NCBI GenBank assembly: GCA_016748015.1 | Contig: JAAOMT010000429.1 | Location: forward strand, 62,001 to 126,000 | Source: Geosiphon pyriformis uo1 | Taxonomy: Eukaryota; Fungi; Glomeromycota | DNA: 64,000 nt | Direction: 5' to 3' | Shown: positions 26,200 through 38,047 of the stretch, piece after piece | Layout of the letters: each line of letters opens with the position of its first letter | How positions within the stretch are numbered: the first letter of the stretch is position 1 | Position numbers and translations under genes: made by a program | The notes under the pieces: model-generated | Told to the model about the DNA's origin: nothing | The model's input: only the letters and a program-made list of their open reading frames with translations | Databases searched by the model: none

Positions 26200-27480
26200 A
26201 GCATCAAATCAAGATTGAAGATACAATGCCAATTAAACAAAGAGCATACAGAGTGCTGCCAGCCAGCCATAAGATCATTTGTTAAGAGATAAACCAAATA
26301 CTGGACAATGGGCTAATTCAACCATCAATGAGCCCATGGTCATCACCAGTAGTACTTGTTTGTAAAAAAAATGAAAAAATCCGATTTCGTGTAGACTACA
26401 GGAAACTCAACAGTGTAACTTGTGGAAACAGCTATCCAACTTTACGAATACAGAAATTATTCGACACTTTCGGTGGAAACAAATGGTTCTTAACATTAGA
26501 CTTGGACAGTAGTTATTGGCAAGTAGCCATGAATCCAGCTGACAAAGAGAAGACAGCATTCACCACTAAAAAAGGGAATTTTGAATTTGAAGTGATGCCA
26601 TTTGGCTTAACCAATGCCCCAACCACTTTCCAATGGCTAATGGAAATTGTTTATACTGGCTTATTGTGGAAATCAGTAGTTGTATACTTGGATGACACCA
26701 ATGTATTCTCAAAAACATTTGATAATTATCTTTATCATCTTCAACAAGTGTTCGAAAGACTAAGAAAAGCAGGACTAAAGTTAAATGCAACAAAGTGTTT
26801 TTTTAGCAAGACAGAACTAAAATTTTTGGAACACATAGTCAGTAAAGACGGCATCAAAACGGATCCAGAGAAAATAGAGATAGTAAAGAACTTTCCAGTA
26901 CCAATCAATGTGACTGAATTGAAATCATTTTTGGGATTTGTGAGCTATTATTGACACTTTATAAAGAACTTTTCAAAGATAGCTCAACCACTCAATAATC
27001 TGCAAACTAAGAATACCAAATATGAATGGACAGAAAGTCAACAAGAAGCTTTTGATATTCTGAAAAGAAAGCTCATTCAAGCTCCAGTACTGATCTACTC
27101 AGATCACAACAAATCATTCATCATTACTACTGATGTATCAGGCCAAACATTGAGAGCAGTACTTTCTCAGAAGGGACCAGACGGCAGAAAACATCCAGTA
27201 GCATATGCCAGCTGAGGTCTAACACCAGCCGAAAAGAACTATAGAACACCAGAACTAGAACATTTAGCAATCTATTGGGCAGTCATGAAGTAAAACGAAT
27301 ACTTAAACCAAAAGTTTGATATATACATAGATCATAAAAGATTAACATCACTTCAAAAGCAAGAATTTGATGACAGCTGCCAATCCAGATAGAAAATGAC
27401 ACTATCACAATATACTTATACTATACACTATAAGAAAGGAAAAGACAATGGAAATGCCAACGGTTTGTCGTAAATAAGAC
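26200..27480 (+). pseudogene. Reverse transcriptase and RNase H of E3
   Basis: SPWSSPVVLV..VDYRKLN..LDLDSSYWQV..MPFGLTNAP..YLDD (26685-26696)..KCFF..FL; then TTDVSG..YAS..EKNY..ELEHLAIYWA..DHK. Confidence 0.96.
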
Positions 27481-27699
27481 AAATCTAAGAACATTTCAAC
27501 CCAAAAATATAACAAAACCAGAACAATACCAATGAAAAATAACAAAAGATGAACATACAAAAATATCAACAACTCCAACATTATATAAACACTCAACAGT
27601 TCAAGGAGAATTTATCTCAAATGGAATAAAAGAGGATCAAACAACAATCAAAATATTTTATCACTTACCAAAATATACTTTATCAGAAAAATAGAAGAG

Positions 27700-28931
27700 A
27701 TCTAGATCAACCAACCAGAGTAATTACAGAGCCAGAAAAAGAAACTATATTATTTAACATGTACTCAAATCCAACAGCCAGACACTTTCACAAAGAAGCA
27801 ATTATGGAAAGAACCAGAAAAAAATACTATTGGCCATCAATGTATTTAGACATCATCCAATATGTTCAAAATTGTGACGCTTGTCAGTGAAGAGGAGGAA
27901 CAAAACCCAGTGAACCATTAAGACCAATCAAAGTGGGACAACCATTTGACTGGATTGGAATTGATTTAGTCGGACTATTAACAATCACCAGCAGAGAAAA
28001 CAGATATATAGCAGTAGCCATAGACTATCTTACTAAATGGCCAGAGGCAAAAGCAATTCAAAAAGCAAATGCAGAATCTATTGCCAAATTCGTTCATCAA
28101 GATTTAATTTGTTGACACAGATGTTCAAAAGAATTATTATCAGACCAAGGAACTCATTTTGTGAACAGAACATTAACAGAATTGAGCCAAAAATTTGGAA
28201 TTAAGAGACCACTATCATCATCATACTATCCACAAACCAATGGATTAGTTGAAAGATTCAATAAAATATTGTGTGAAGCAATTGCCAAACTCAGCCAAGA
28301 AAACCAGAACGAATGAGATTTGTTCATACTATTAGTATTATTTGCTTATCGGATAATAAAGCAAGATACTATACAAGCAACACCATTTGAATTAGTATAT
28401 GGTAGAACAGCAATATTACCAGTAGAGAGAGAAATTAATACATATCCAGCTGAACCAATAACAGAAGAGAATTTTCAAGAAACATTGCTAAGAAGAACAT
28501 ATGACTTAATAGAAACATTGGAAAACAAATGAAGAAGAGCAGCTGACAATATTCAAAAGTCACAAAAAAAACAGAAAGAAAGACACGATAGTCAACTACT
28601 AAACAAACCAGTTGAATTCAAGATTGGAGACAAAGTACTCTTATATTGTACCAAAGTGAAAAAACAATGGAGTGGAAAATTTGACCACAAATGAGATGGA
28701 CCATTTCACATAGAAGAAATTCTAGAAAATGAAGCTTACAAATTAAGACTGGATAACAAAATTTTAACCAAAGCAGCACATAGAGATCGACTAAAATCAT
28801 ACCACAACATCACACTACCATCTACCAGTAATATTCCACAATTAGGAGTACAGAGAATACTAGTCCAACCAGATGAGATTCTATGAGATCTGGAACCAAT
28901 CATTATTATTGACAACAACACGTTAAATTGA
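27700..28931 (+). pseudogene. Integrase of E3 (HHCC, DDE core, GPF motif; no chromodomain)
   Basis: YYWPSMY..VQNCDACQ; IGIDLVGL; SDQGTHF; TNGLVERFN; DGPFHI; pol ends at TGA 28929-28931. Confidence 0.93.
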
Positions 28932-28955
28932 TTCATCAAAAGAATATATAAAAAC

Positions 28956-29615
28956 ATAGTAAACGTAACAGGAAATATCAGAAAAATAGAAATTACAGAC
29001 AACATTCACTCACTAGCACAACAACTCTTTCAATTAATCTAACACCAGGAAATAGAGATTACAATCAATCAACAAACCATTCGATATCAAGATACTAGAA
29101 AGACATTGCAACCCAGAACACAGAAGAAAACTAAAAATACTGTGGACAAAATCATTGTGAAAGTAAAATTAGCAATAAGAGAGTCAACAAAAGAGTTACT
29201 ATATCAAGAGTTGACTAAAGAAACCTGGAATTGGTGGATACAACAATTTCCACGAAACTATTGTTATTTTTACTTGGGACAACACGTAAATATCCAGAAT
29301 CTATATATGGATAAAACAAAGTGATTATTTGACAAAAGAATACTACAACAATTAGAACATTTTGTGGAAAAGAACAATTTATCTACACAGACACAAGCTA
29401 TATACCGAATACACACAGCATTTCAAGAGAGACCAGAAATATTACTCAACAAAGCAATAGATATGATTACCAGTAATCAATTGGGAAAGATCACCAATGC
29501 GCAATTTGAAGAATTACAGACCCAAATAACACAAGTAATTTTCGAAAATGAAATCCAGAAAATACTTCAAGAGGGGGAATTAAATGAGTTGGATTTCGAC
29601 AGAGCTCAATATTAA
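28956..29615 (+). pseudogene. ORF3 of E3 (219 codons, two internal stops that are CAA>TAA / CGA>TGA type)
   Basis: One uninterrupted frame: ..EITDNIHSLAQQLFQLI..ETWNWWIQQFPRNYCYFYLGQ..QAIYRIHTAFQERPEILLN..ITNAQFEELQ..DRAQY*; the start is ATA here and ATG in E1/E2. Confidence 0.83.
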
Positions 29616-29625
29616 AAGGAGGAAA
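29614..29625 (+). other. Polypurine tract of E3
   Basis: AAAAGGAGGAAA 3 nt before the 3' LTR; equivalent tracts precede the LTRs of E1, E2 and E4. Confidence 0.85.
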
Positions 29626-29628
29626 TAA

Positions 29629-30504
29629 TGTTACTCATAGAAATATAGGAAATATATTAGCATAATTATTAGCCAATCAGAAGTAGGCATAGTAAATATA
29701 GAATTCCAGGATCCTTCTTAGAAATTGCAGGATTCCAGAAATTTCAGGATTTTCTGATGAAGAATCACAGAATTCCAGAATTCCAGGATTCCTCTCAAAG
29801 AAATCGCAGGATTCCAGGAATTCCAGAATTCCTGTCATGAAGAATCGAGGGATTGAGGAATTTTAATTATGTATATATAGCAGCAGGATTAGAAGCTGAA
29901 AAGACAAACCTCTCAGTTTAGATTTGATTTAAGCAATCTTCTAGTTTCCAATTATTAAATAAATAATTATTCTATATCTCAATCTACTCTCCACTATCAA
30001 CACTTCATGTTGATAGTAATTGATACTTAACCATACTGGAATAATAGCTCTTGATCATGGCTATTGACGGAATACTAACTTACTAAATTGCCTTGGCTTA
30101 TTTTCTTTATTTTATTTTCTTTTCTTTCGTTCTTTTCTTTTTTTGTGTTGTTTTGTTGTTGTATACTAATTGATTAAGGATTAAAAGCACTGAGTTATTG
30201 ATGTTACAGATAGCCTGGTAAAAGACCCAGAAATAAGGGTAGATTTATATATATTATCAGTTAGCTTACCAGAAGGGCACAACTACCAGAATAAATTTGG
30301 CCACCAAGCTGAGAAAGAAATTGGAAAACAACTGACAACAAATAACAAATTGCCACACTATTGAATCTCTGTCCATTATACAAAGAACTCTATCAAAACC
30401 TTCAGATACAACACTTTCAGAATATCATTGACAGAAATAGCTTTTGAGTACCTCATTACAAGTTTGTTATTTGATTCGAGACCCCAAATAATTCATTTGT
30501 AACA
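29629..30504 (+). repeat. 3' LTR of E3 (876 bp)
   Basis: Colinear with 20333-21207. Confidence 0.97.
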
Positions 30505-31573
30505 ATGGGTAAAATAAAAATATTAGTTAATATGGTAGAAAAAAACAATTAATTAGAAAGAAATTATTTTCACTAATTAATCAATTTCAATTCTATTATA
30601 TAATTAATATATGTTAATTATTAAAAAAAAATAAGAGATCAACTTCAGATTTTTGAAATAAAATTTACTATTTATAAATCAGAAAAAATTGCTATTACCA
30701 ATCTCTATATACTAGTTAAGAACCACAAATACATTAAAATTCTAATATACAATACAATTAGAAACTTAATAAAAATACCAAGTAGAATTACCATCAAATA
30801 CTTAAACACTAAAGTTAAAAACCAAGCACCAATTACCATTTCAGATTTTTACAACTGTGTAAATATGTAAATTTTACATTACAATCTATCTATAGTATTA
30901 TAGATAATTATTTAGAATATTAAAACAAATAATAAACTTATAACTTGATGCTTAATAGTTGGAAATATTGGTAATTTTTAAAGGTTTTGGAGTTTAAAAG
31001 TTTTAGTTAAGTCCTTTGTATAATAAACAAAAATTCAATTAATGGTTTTTTTTGTGAATATTTTTTTTTAGTATGGTATCTGATTTATTTTGGCAGTTGT
31101 GCTCTTTTGGTAAGCTATTTTTAAGTTTTTTACTCTTGTTCTTGGGTCTTTTACTAGGCTATTTTTGATATTAATTACTTAATACTTAATCTTTTTAATC
31201 AATTAGTAAACAACAAAAAAAATAATATAAAATAATATAAAATAAAAAAAAATAAGAAAAAAAATAAAAAATTAATATTCTATTAATAGTTATAATTAAG
31301 AACTATTGGTTTAGTATAGTTAAGTATTAGATTTTATTAACATAAAGTGTTAATAGTATAAAATAGATTAATATATTTTTAATTAAGTAATAATAATATG
31401 GTTTTAAATGATAATAGATGTTTTTATTAATTTTTATTTTTTATTTTTTATTATGTTTAATGAGTGAGGTCCAAATACTACCTAGAACTATACATTAATG
31501 AAATAATCTAAACTAAGCATAAATCATGTGCTTAACCACACGTGACCAGCCACTTGAGCCAGTCAGAACAACA

Positions 31574-34500
31574 CTACACAACTATATTAACAGAAATCAT
31601 GTCACCAATACCTGAAAAAAACAAACAAGACTTGTGAAATCCAAAAAATACACCAAAAACTTTAGTAACACCAAGCAATTTAATCACACCAGGCAACAAC
31701 CTCGAAACTGAACCAAAAACTGAGATGGAAATAGATCCGTCCACTGGGATCAGATTATTCTTTTTAATAAAAGCACAATGCTTGGTACAGACCAACCAAA
31801 TATCATTCCTAAAAGCAGAACATAGAGAGCACATAAAATCAGTAATTTTAACACCAGCAATCTTGGGATCATGGAAGACAGTAATAGCCTCCTGAAGCCA
31901 TTCATTAAAAACAAAACTCTTATAAAGAGCCAAGAAGATCAGCAAATCCGAAGCACAGGTCAACATCAATTGCAACACAACTGAAGAGAGAAAAGAGAGC
32001 CCAGAAAGTAATCTCCAATAAAACATGTAGAATTCTAGAACCTGACAACAAGCCGAATCATCAACTGCACAAAAAAACACATGATCAGAAATCTCTATCT
32101 CACCACAATATAAACACAGAACACTAAGATAACATTTATTGTAAATGCGCTTCTGGACAGTTACAGGAAGCTAATGGTGCAAAGCCTTCATAAAATAAGT
32201 ACGAGTATCAGCTGTGAGCCTGTTAGTGAAACCAGTGGCTATATTCAAATCAGGGTGCCAAACTCTAAAAGAGCTAAGCCAGTCAACATCTGACCACAAA
32301 CTACTAGCCAAAAATCCAGAACCGGAACTGACCTCTCAGTATGCACGACAAACCGCATGATAAACATCTCAAACAAAGTGTTTAAAATTACCAAAAACAA
32401 CACCATCATCTGCCAACAAAAAGTGTCTATCTACATAAGGAAGAAGATACCAACCAGATAGAGATGCAACATCAATGATGTTATCAGCGCAATCATTTTC
32501 CAAGATGCTGGAATGGCCCTTGACTTTGTGCCAACTAACTCTCAAATTCTTACTGTAGATAACATTCCGAATATGCTGACGCTCAACCCAACATCGATTG
32601 CAAAAGTCAGGGCATATTAGACTTAACTCAGACCTATAAGCATCTAAAGCTGCTTGACTATCCAAAAACAAATCAATAGAATGAGCTGCAGGCATGCACT
32701 CCAAAGCCAATGCTATAGCCTGTAATTCTGCTAAAGTAGATGACACTAAATCCTGAATACTGACACCTAAACTCAAATCAATGTCCTCAAAAAAAACAGC
32801 AGCCCCAGCTCTACAATTAACTGTATCCAAATTCTTCAAAGAACTATTCATATATACAAATAAACTATTGACGTCAACCTGGAAAAGACGACCATGGGCA
32901 GTCACAAAATCATCAGATTCACAAAAGTTAAGAGGATCAGCACCAACTGAGGCTGTAAAAAACGAATGAGAAGCCATAAAAAATGCAACAGAAAGTCCAA
33001 ACCATTCAGGAACTGGGCCACGAGAGTCCAGTCTCTTCCACCACTTGAAGGTGCATTAGCTAAAAACAATGCCATGACAATCATGAAGCTGATTCACAAA
33101 AGCAATGCCAAAACGCCAGAGAAAAGGTAAAAACTTGAAAAACAAAGACTTGCCAAGAATGACAGACATAGGAATCCTGTTGCAAAACCGAAAAGCACTG
33201 GCCAAAAAGCCATCCAAAGACAAATTGCAATCAAGAAGAATGCAAACCATACCAGCCAAGAAATTATTAGAAACACTGACATGAATACAAGCAGAAGAAA
33301 TCAATAGATAAATGGGCTACCAACACAGAACCTGTAAGTCATGTGACCTGTGACTGAACAGACACCCCAAAATTCCGTCAAAGTTTGCAAAACTAATAAG
33401 TGAAGCTACTTTACTCTCAAATTAACACTGTAAAAATGATTTTAAACTATAAAAAGAGGGATGGTGAATAGTATTACTGGAAAAGTCCATCAGGAGACCA
33501 GCTTTTAGCTTCAAGTCCTTGCGAATCAGAGCATTCTATTTATCACACACACCAACAGGAATATTGCCGAACTGTGTCCTATAGCTAATTATGGAATGAA
33601 AAACTGCTGACATCAGATACAAGAACTGCTTATCCGAAACCACCTTCCTTAGAACTAAATTAGTAAAGAAATGAATATTTGAATGTGCTTTAGCCAAGCT
33701 AGGCCTAGAAAGACCCTCAGTTGACAAAAAAATACCAAGATACTGATGAAGTTCTCCTCTACAGACAACAGAAATAGGCAAACCACTAATAAAAAGAGAT
33801 GGAACACTGACCCTGCTGTTGATTAGAATGACCACAGTTTTGTCATTATTAATTGAAATGTCATTGATTCAAAAAAATTCATTAGCAATGTTGAGAATAT
33901 GCTAAGTAGCAGCCTGACTGCTACCAACCCAAATAGTATCATCAACAAAGGCACCAGCAGCAAGGAAAGTAGAAAACTCAGTCTGAGATTCAGTGCCACC
34001 ACTCCCAAAAACAAAATGAGAATTGAGCCTGTAACCACGCATACTTTTTTGATGCTTGACTTTACACAAAAGAGAATCATAAAATATGCGCCACAGCAGA
34101 AGAGAAAAAACTTCATCTTGGTTCAACTCATCAAACACCCGATAACCATCTGTCAAACCAAAATCTGTCATGACATGGTTGGTTCAGTTCCTATAAATAC
34201 TACCAAAAAAGCGAACAAATTTACTACACATTTTGATCCTAACCAAGCTCTTCTTAAGGTGCTCCCAGTCAACCAAATCATATGTCTTCCACATGTCCTG
34301 CAGAACAAGCCAAAGTTCCCGGTTTTTTTTCAAAACATTTTCACTTACCAAGCCAACTGCAAAAATAGGAGACTGAGTTGTTGTACTCTTTAGAACTGAA
34401 AAATTGTCACCACACAAAACATCATATGAGCTGTAAGCCAGTGAGATCCTATCTGAAAGAATCTTGGATAAAATTTTACGAGCTGTTTCAATCAAAGCAA

Positions 34501-36247
34501 TAGAATGAGTATTCGTGAGAACACCCTTCTACTCATAAGGTTTGAGAATCATTGAAACCCAAGCTTTCTTCCAAGAACCAGGCACCAACTCACAAGACAA
34601 ACAAGAATTTAAAAGAACCAAAAACAAACCCAAAACCAACTTATTACAACATTTCTAAAGCTCATTAGAGATGCCTGAAAGACCAGCAGCTTTCTTATCT
34701 GGAAAATTGGTTATCACATAATGCAACTTATCAAAATTAATCTCACTCATCACTCCAGAAAAAGCATCATCAAAGACGTAGTCCAAAGGTTGATATTGAC
34801 GAAACCAAGTATCAGAGATATCATCAACTACCACACGCTTTCTGGTCTATCCTTCTATGATAGCATCCATCTTGAACTTAACCAAATCAGATTCAAGAAC
34901 TAACTTATTATTTACAACCAGATGGTCCAAAACCACTTTGCAAAAAAGATGTTCCAACACACTTCTGATTGTACGACCCTTATCTAGTTCAAAACTCTCT
35001 ATTCTATTGGTAATAGCCTGCCTAATGTGAGATTTTTCAGCACGCTTGGACTCCAGCAATTTAGAAGAGTGGTATAACTTCCTTACTTTGGCCAAAGCAG
35101 AACGAATGTCATCAAATTTAGCACCAGAAAAAAACATAGATCTTACTGTCGAAGCACCAGCAAAGTCAAGATTGTTTCATGTACCCAAAAGTGAAGCAAA
35201 ACTGACACTAGAACTCAAATAAGAAGCCTTTACCAGCTTGGAAACCAACAGCTCCAGCTTATGAAACCTAGATGACACTTTATTGCAAACCGTATCAAAA
35301 TCTTTAAACCATCTTTTCTTGAAAGCACCATCAGCTGAGAGAACTATGATTTTACGAATAATGTCTCACATAGTGCCAAGATCAAAAAACTTCACAGCAA
35401 CACCAAACGCACCTGAAAACATAGTAGTGTTAGCAGCCATAGCATCCTTAAACTCAAGCCATTTAGCCTCACTGGCATTTTTGACATCAAATTTCCAATG
35501 ATCTTTATTCACCTGCTTGCGAAGAGTAAACAAGTGTGTATCTAATAAACTGCCCAGGCCCACAAACACAGTCTGGTAGTCTGTATCAAAATATTCACTA
35601 ATGTCCGAAACACTGCAATGTACCAAAGAATTGACCAGATTTGGTGAAATAAACACATAATTAATAGTTTTTATGACACCCCTAGAATTCACCCAAGTGA
35701 GCATCTTAATGGCCAGACTTCCAATCAAAGAGTTAACCAACCCCAACTCAAGGCACTTTTTGAAACTTGCACACTTTTGAGAACTATTTTCATTAAAATC
35801 ACCACCAAGGACGACAAAAGAAGACCCATTAACAGCTTTAACAATAAAAAAGTTGATTTTACCAGCCTGAGAAAACCAAACCACTGATAAAGCACCAGCA
35901 TAGAGCCCCAAAATAGACACTGAAAGTTTATTTTTAAAAAGCAACTTGATGGATAGGAGCCAACCAGGCACCTCAGAGATCTTGCAGATGTGTTTTGCTA
36001 AAAAAAAATTCATGATGATCAACACATCAGCACCCAAAGAACCAGAATTCAGATCAGAAATAAAAACCCGAACACCATCAAATTTGTCAGTCAACCATAG
36101 ACAAACTTTCCCTTTAAGTTTCAACTCTGTAAAAATAAAAACCAAATTGTTCATATCCTTGTGTTAACAAATAACATCATCTTGCTTCGCAGGATTGTTC
36201 AAGCCACAAACATTACACATAGCAATTTTCCATACCAAACTACTCAT
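31574..36247 (-). pseudogene. LINE ORF2: apurinic-type endonuclease, RT, RNase H, C-terminal zinc knuckle
   Basis: MSSLVWKIAMCNVCGLNN, VVLGGDFN, TINYVFIS (APE); LQDMWKTYDLVDW, AFVDDTIW (RT); AELQAIALAL..DSQAAL..WHKVKGHS (RNase H); CLYCGEIEISDHVFFC. Confidence 0.92.
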
Positions 36248-38047
36248 TAAGAAAGAGGTAGAGAAGGAGCACCACCTGCCAAAGCCAAATCATCCAAGTG
36301 TGCTGATAGACTCATGACCAAAGCAGAGAGATCTTCCAACATGTTTTCCAATTTCACAACCTTAAGTGAAGCAGTTGAACCCGAAACAGCAGCAGTTTTA
36401 TCATTAGTGGCATCACCCAAACCCATTCCCATTACTATATTCTCCCCTTGATTCTGCAATAAGGGGGTCACTGGCAGTTGACATCTAAGACTAGGCTGGG
36501 AAACTGCTGGCACGAATGATTCCAACCTCTTAGCCAACTCACCAATTTGTCCCATAAGGCTGACAAGACTGCTTTCAATGCTAACCAAACGTTTTTCCAA
36601 ATCATTCACCACTGGAGGGAGAGGTTTACCATTTCTAATGGAACCAAGCTAAGAGTTGTATCCAAGAAAAGTGCCCGAAGGAATAGAGCCAACCACTGAT
36701 GCCCAAGTCTTCCCACCAAAAGCCAAAGGACGAGAAACAGAAGCAAATTTTCTTTCATAAATCTTTGCCAATCTAAACCAATCCTGAGCCAAAAGAGAAG
36801 CCCTCTTGCCCTTCAGATTCGAAAATACACCAGCTGATTTACAATTCCTAGATATATGACCAAAAGAATTGCAAGAGAAACATAAGGCAGCAAACAGGCA
36901 TGACCAATGAAGTCTGACACCATTTATCACCAAAGTATTGGCCAGAGCCCGATTTAGATTGCTTTCAGACTCAAAACACACTGTGGCACAGTGTGCCCAA
37001 GTGTAGTTAACTGAATTGCACTCGATAACACATGTTTTCCCACCCACTGAACCAATAAAAGCCCAAAGATCATGTGTATTGGTTCTCACAGGAAAAGTGT
37101 AAAGCAACGCCTTAAACTCATTTTTGAAATCACATGTCTGTTTATCCACATCAGCTCCAGCCACCCAGACCGCATTTTTCCTGATAAGGATAAACCACTT
37201 GGATCAACAAATTAGTCTGATCAGAATCTTTCAAAGTGACAATTGCTTTTTGCCACAGTCCTACCAACTGCATTTTGATCAACACAACAACCCCAAATTT
37301 GGAAACAGTTGCGCACACTGCCTCAATCAATGTATCAACAGGAATCTCCTTAATCACAATATCCTAATTTATACAATTGTTTACTGGATGCTTAAGATTA
37401 GTGTTTATCACAACATTACAATCATGAGCCAATTTTTCCGCAGCCATCATTGCCATTTCAGAAGTAAAAGTTGCATGAATTATCCCACCAAATTTTGAGA
37501 AGATAGAAGCCCCCTCAAAACCATTCACATCTGAAAAAATTTTCTTAATAAAATTCAATTTTTTCTAAGAGGATTTTTCAGCAACGGCCACCAAATCAAT
37601 ATTCAAAGCAAAAGATTTGCGAACAAAAACATGAACTGAAGGTTTAAGCAAAAGAGAAGGTAGAAAGAGGGCAGACTCATTCAAAAAATCACCATTATCA
37701 AAGCCATCTTCAAAGTTGATTTTGCCCAGTGGTTTGCCCAATACTTTCTTGGTCTTAATTTTGATACCTGAGCTCTTTGGTGTTTGGTTGGGGTTCTCAC
37801 CATCAAATACATTCTTTTCACTATAATTGATACTGGTCTCCTCAATAAGGCACTCTTCCTCCATGTTAACATTCTTAAACTCGGTAGTGTTACCAGTCTC
37901 AGAATTTTGTGAGTGATTTCCAGTTGTTTCAATAACACCCCCTCCTACCAAAACACTCTTAGCCAAAACACTACCCTTTCTTTTCTTTCTTGATAGAACA
38001 GGTCCAAAACCACCACCAGCACCAGAATTTTTTGCAACCTTCTTCAT
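36244..38047 (-). pseudogene. LINE ORF1 (gag-like, CCHC knuckle, C-terminal coiled coil)
   Basis: MKKVAKNSGAGGG..; CFSCNSFGHISRNC; LEKRLVSIESSLVSLMGQIGELAKRLE heptads. Confidence 0.85.

Larger units (their letters stand above)
20333..30504 (+). mobile_element. Complete Ty3/Gypsy copy E3 (10172 bp), 4-bp TSD ATGG
   Basis: Paired LTRs 20333-21207 and 29629-30504, TSD ATGG at 20329-20332 and 30505-30508, PBS, PPT and all pol domains in Gypsy order PR-RT-RH-IN. Confidence 0.97.

Noticed and set aside
28740-28931. Chromodomain at the integrase C-terminus
   Set aside because: No aromatic-cage or Y.VKW-type motif after the GPF motif.
28929-28958. Stop-codon readthrough fusing pol to ORF3
   Set aside because: In frame in E3, but E1 has two stops in the spacer and E2 is out of frame, so readthrough is not conserved.
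28956-29615. ORF3 as an envelope gene
   Set aside because: Too short; no signal peptide or transmembrane segment visible.
33899-34393. Antisense ORFs over TE coding regions (also 5321-5695, 23442-23729, 37124-37498 and others)
   Set aside because: Shadows of LINE or Gypsy frames, not conserved between copies.
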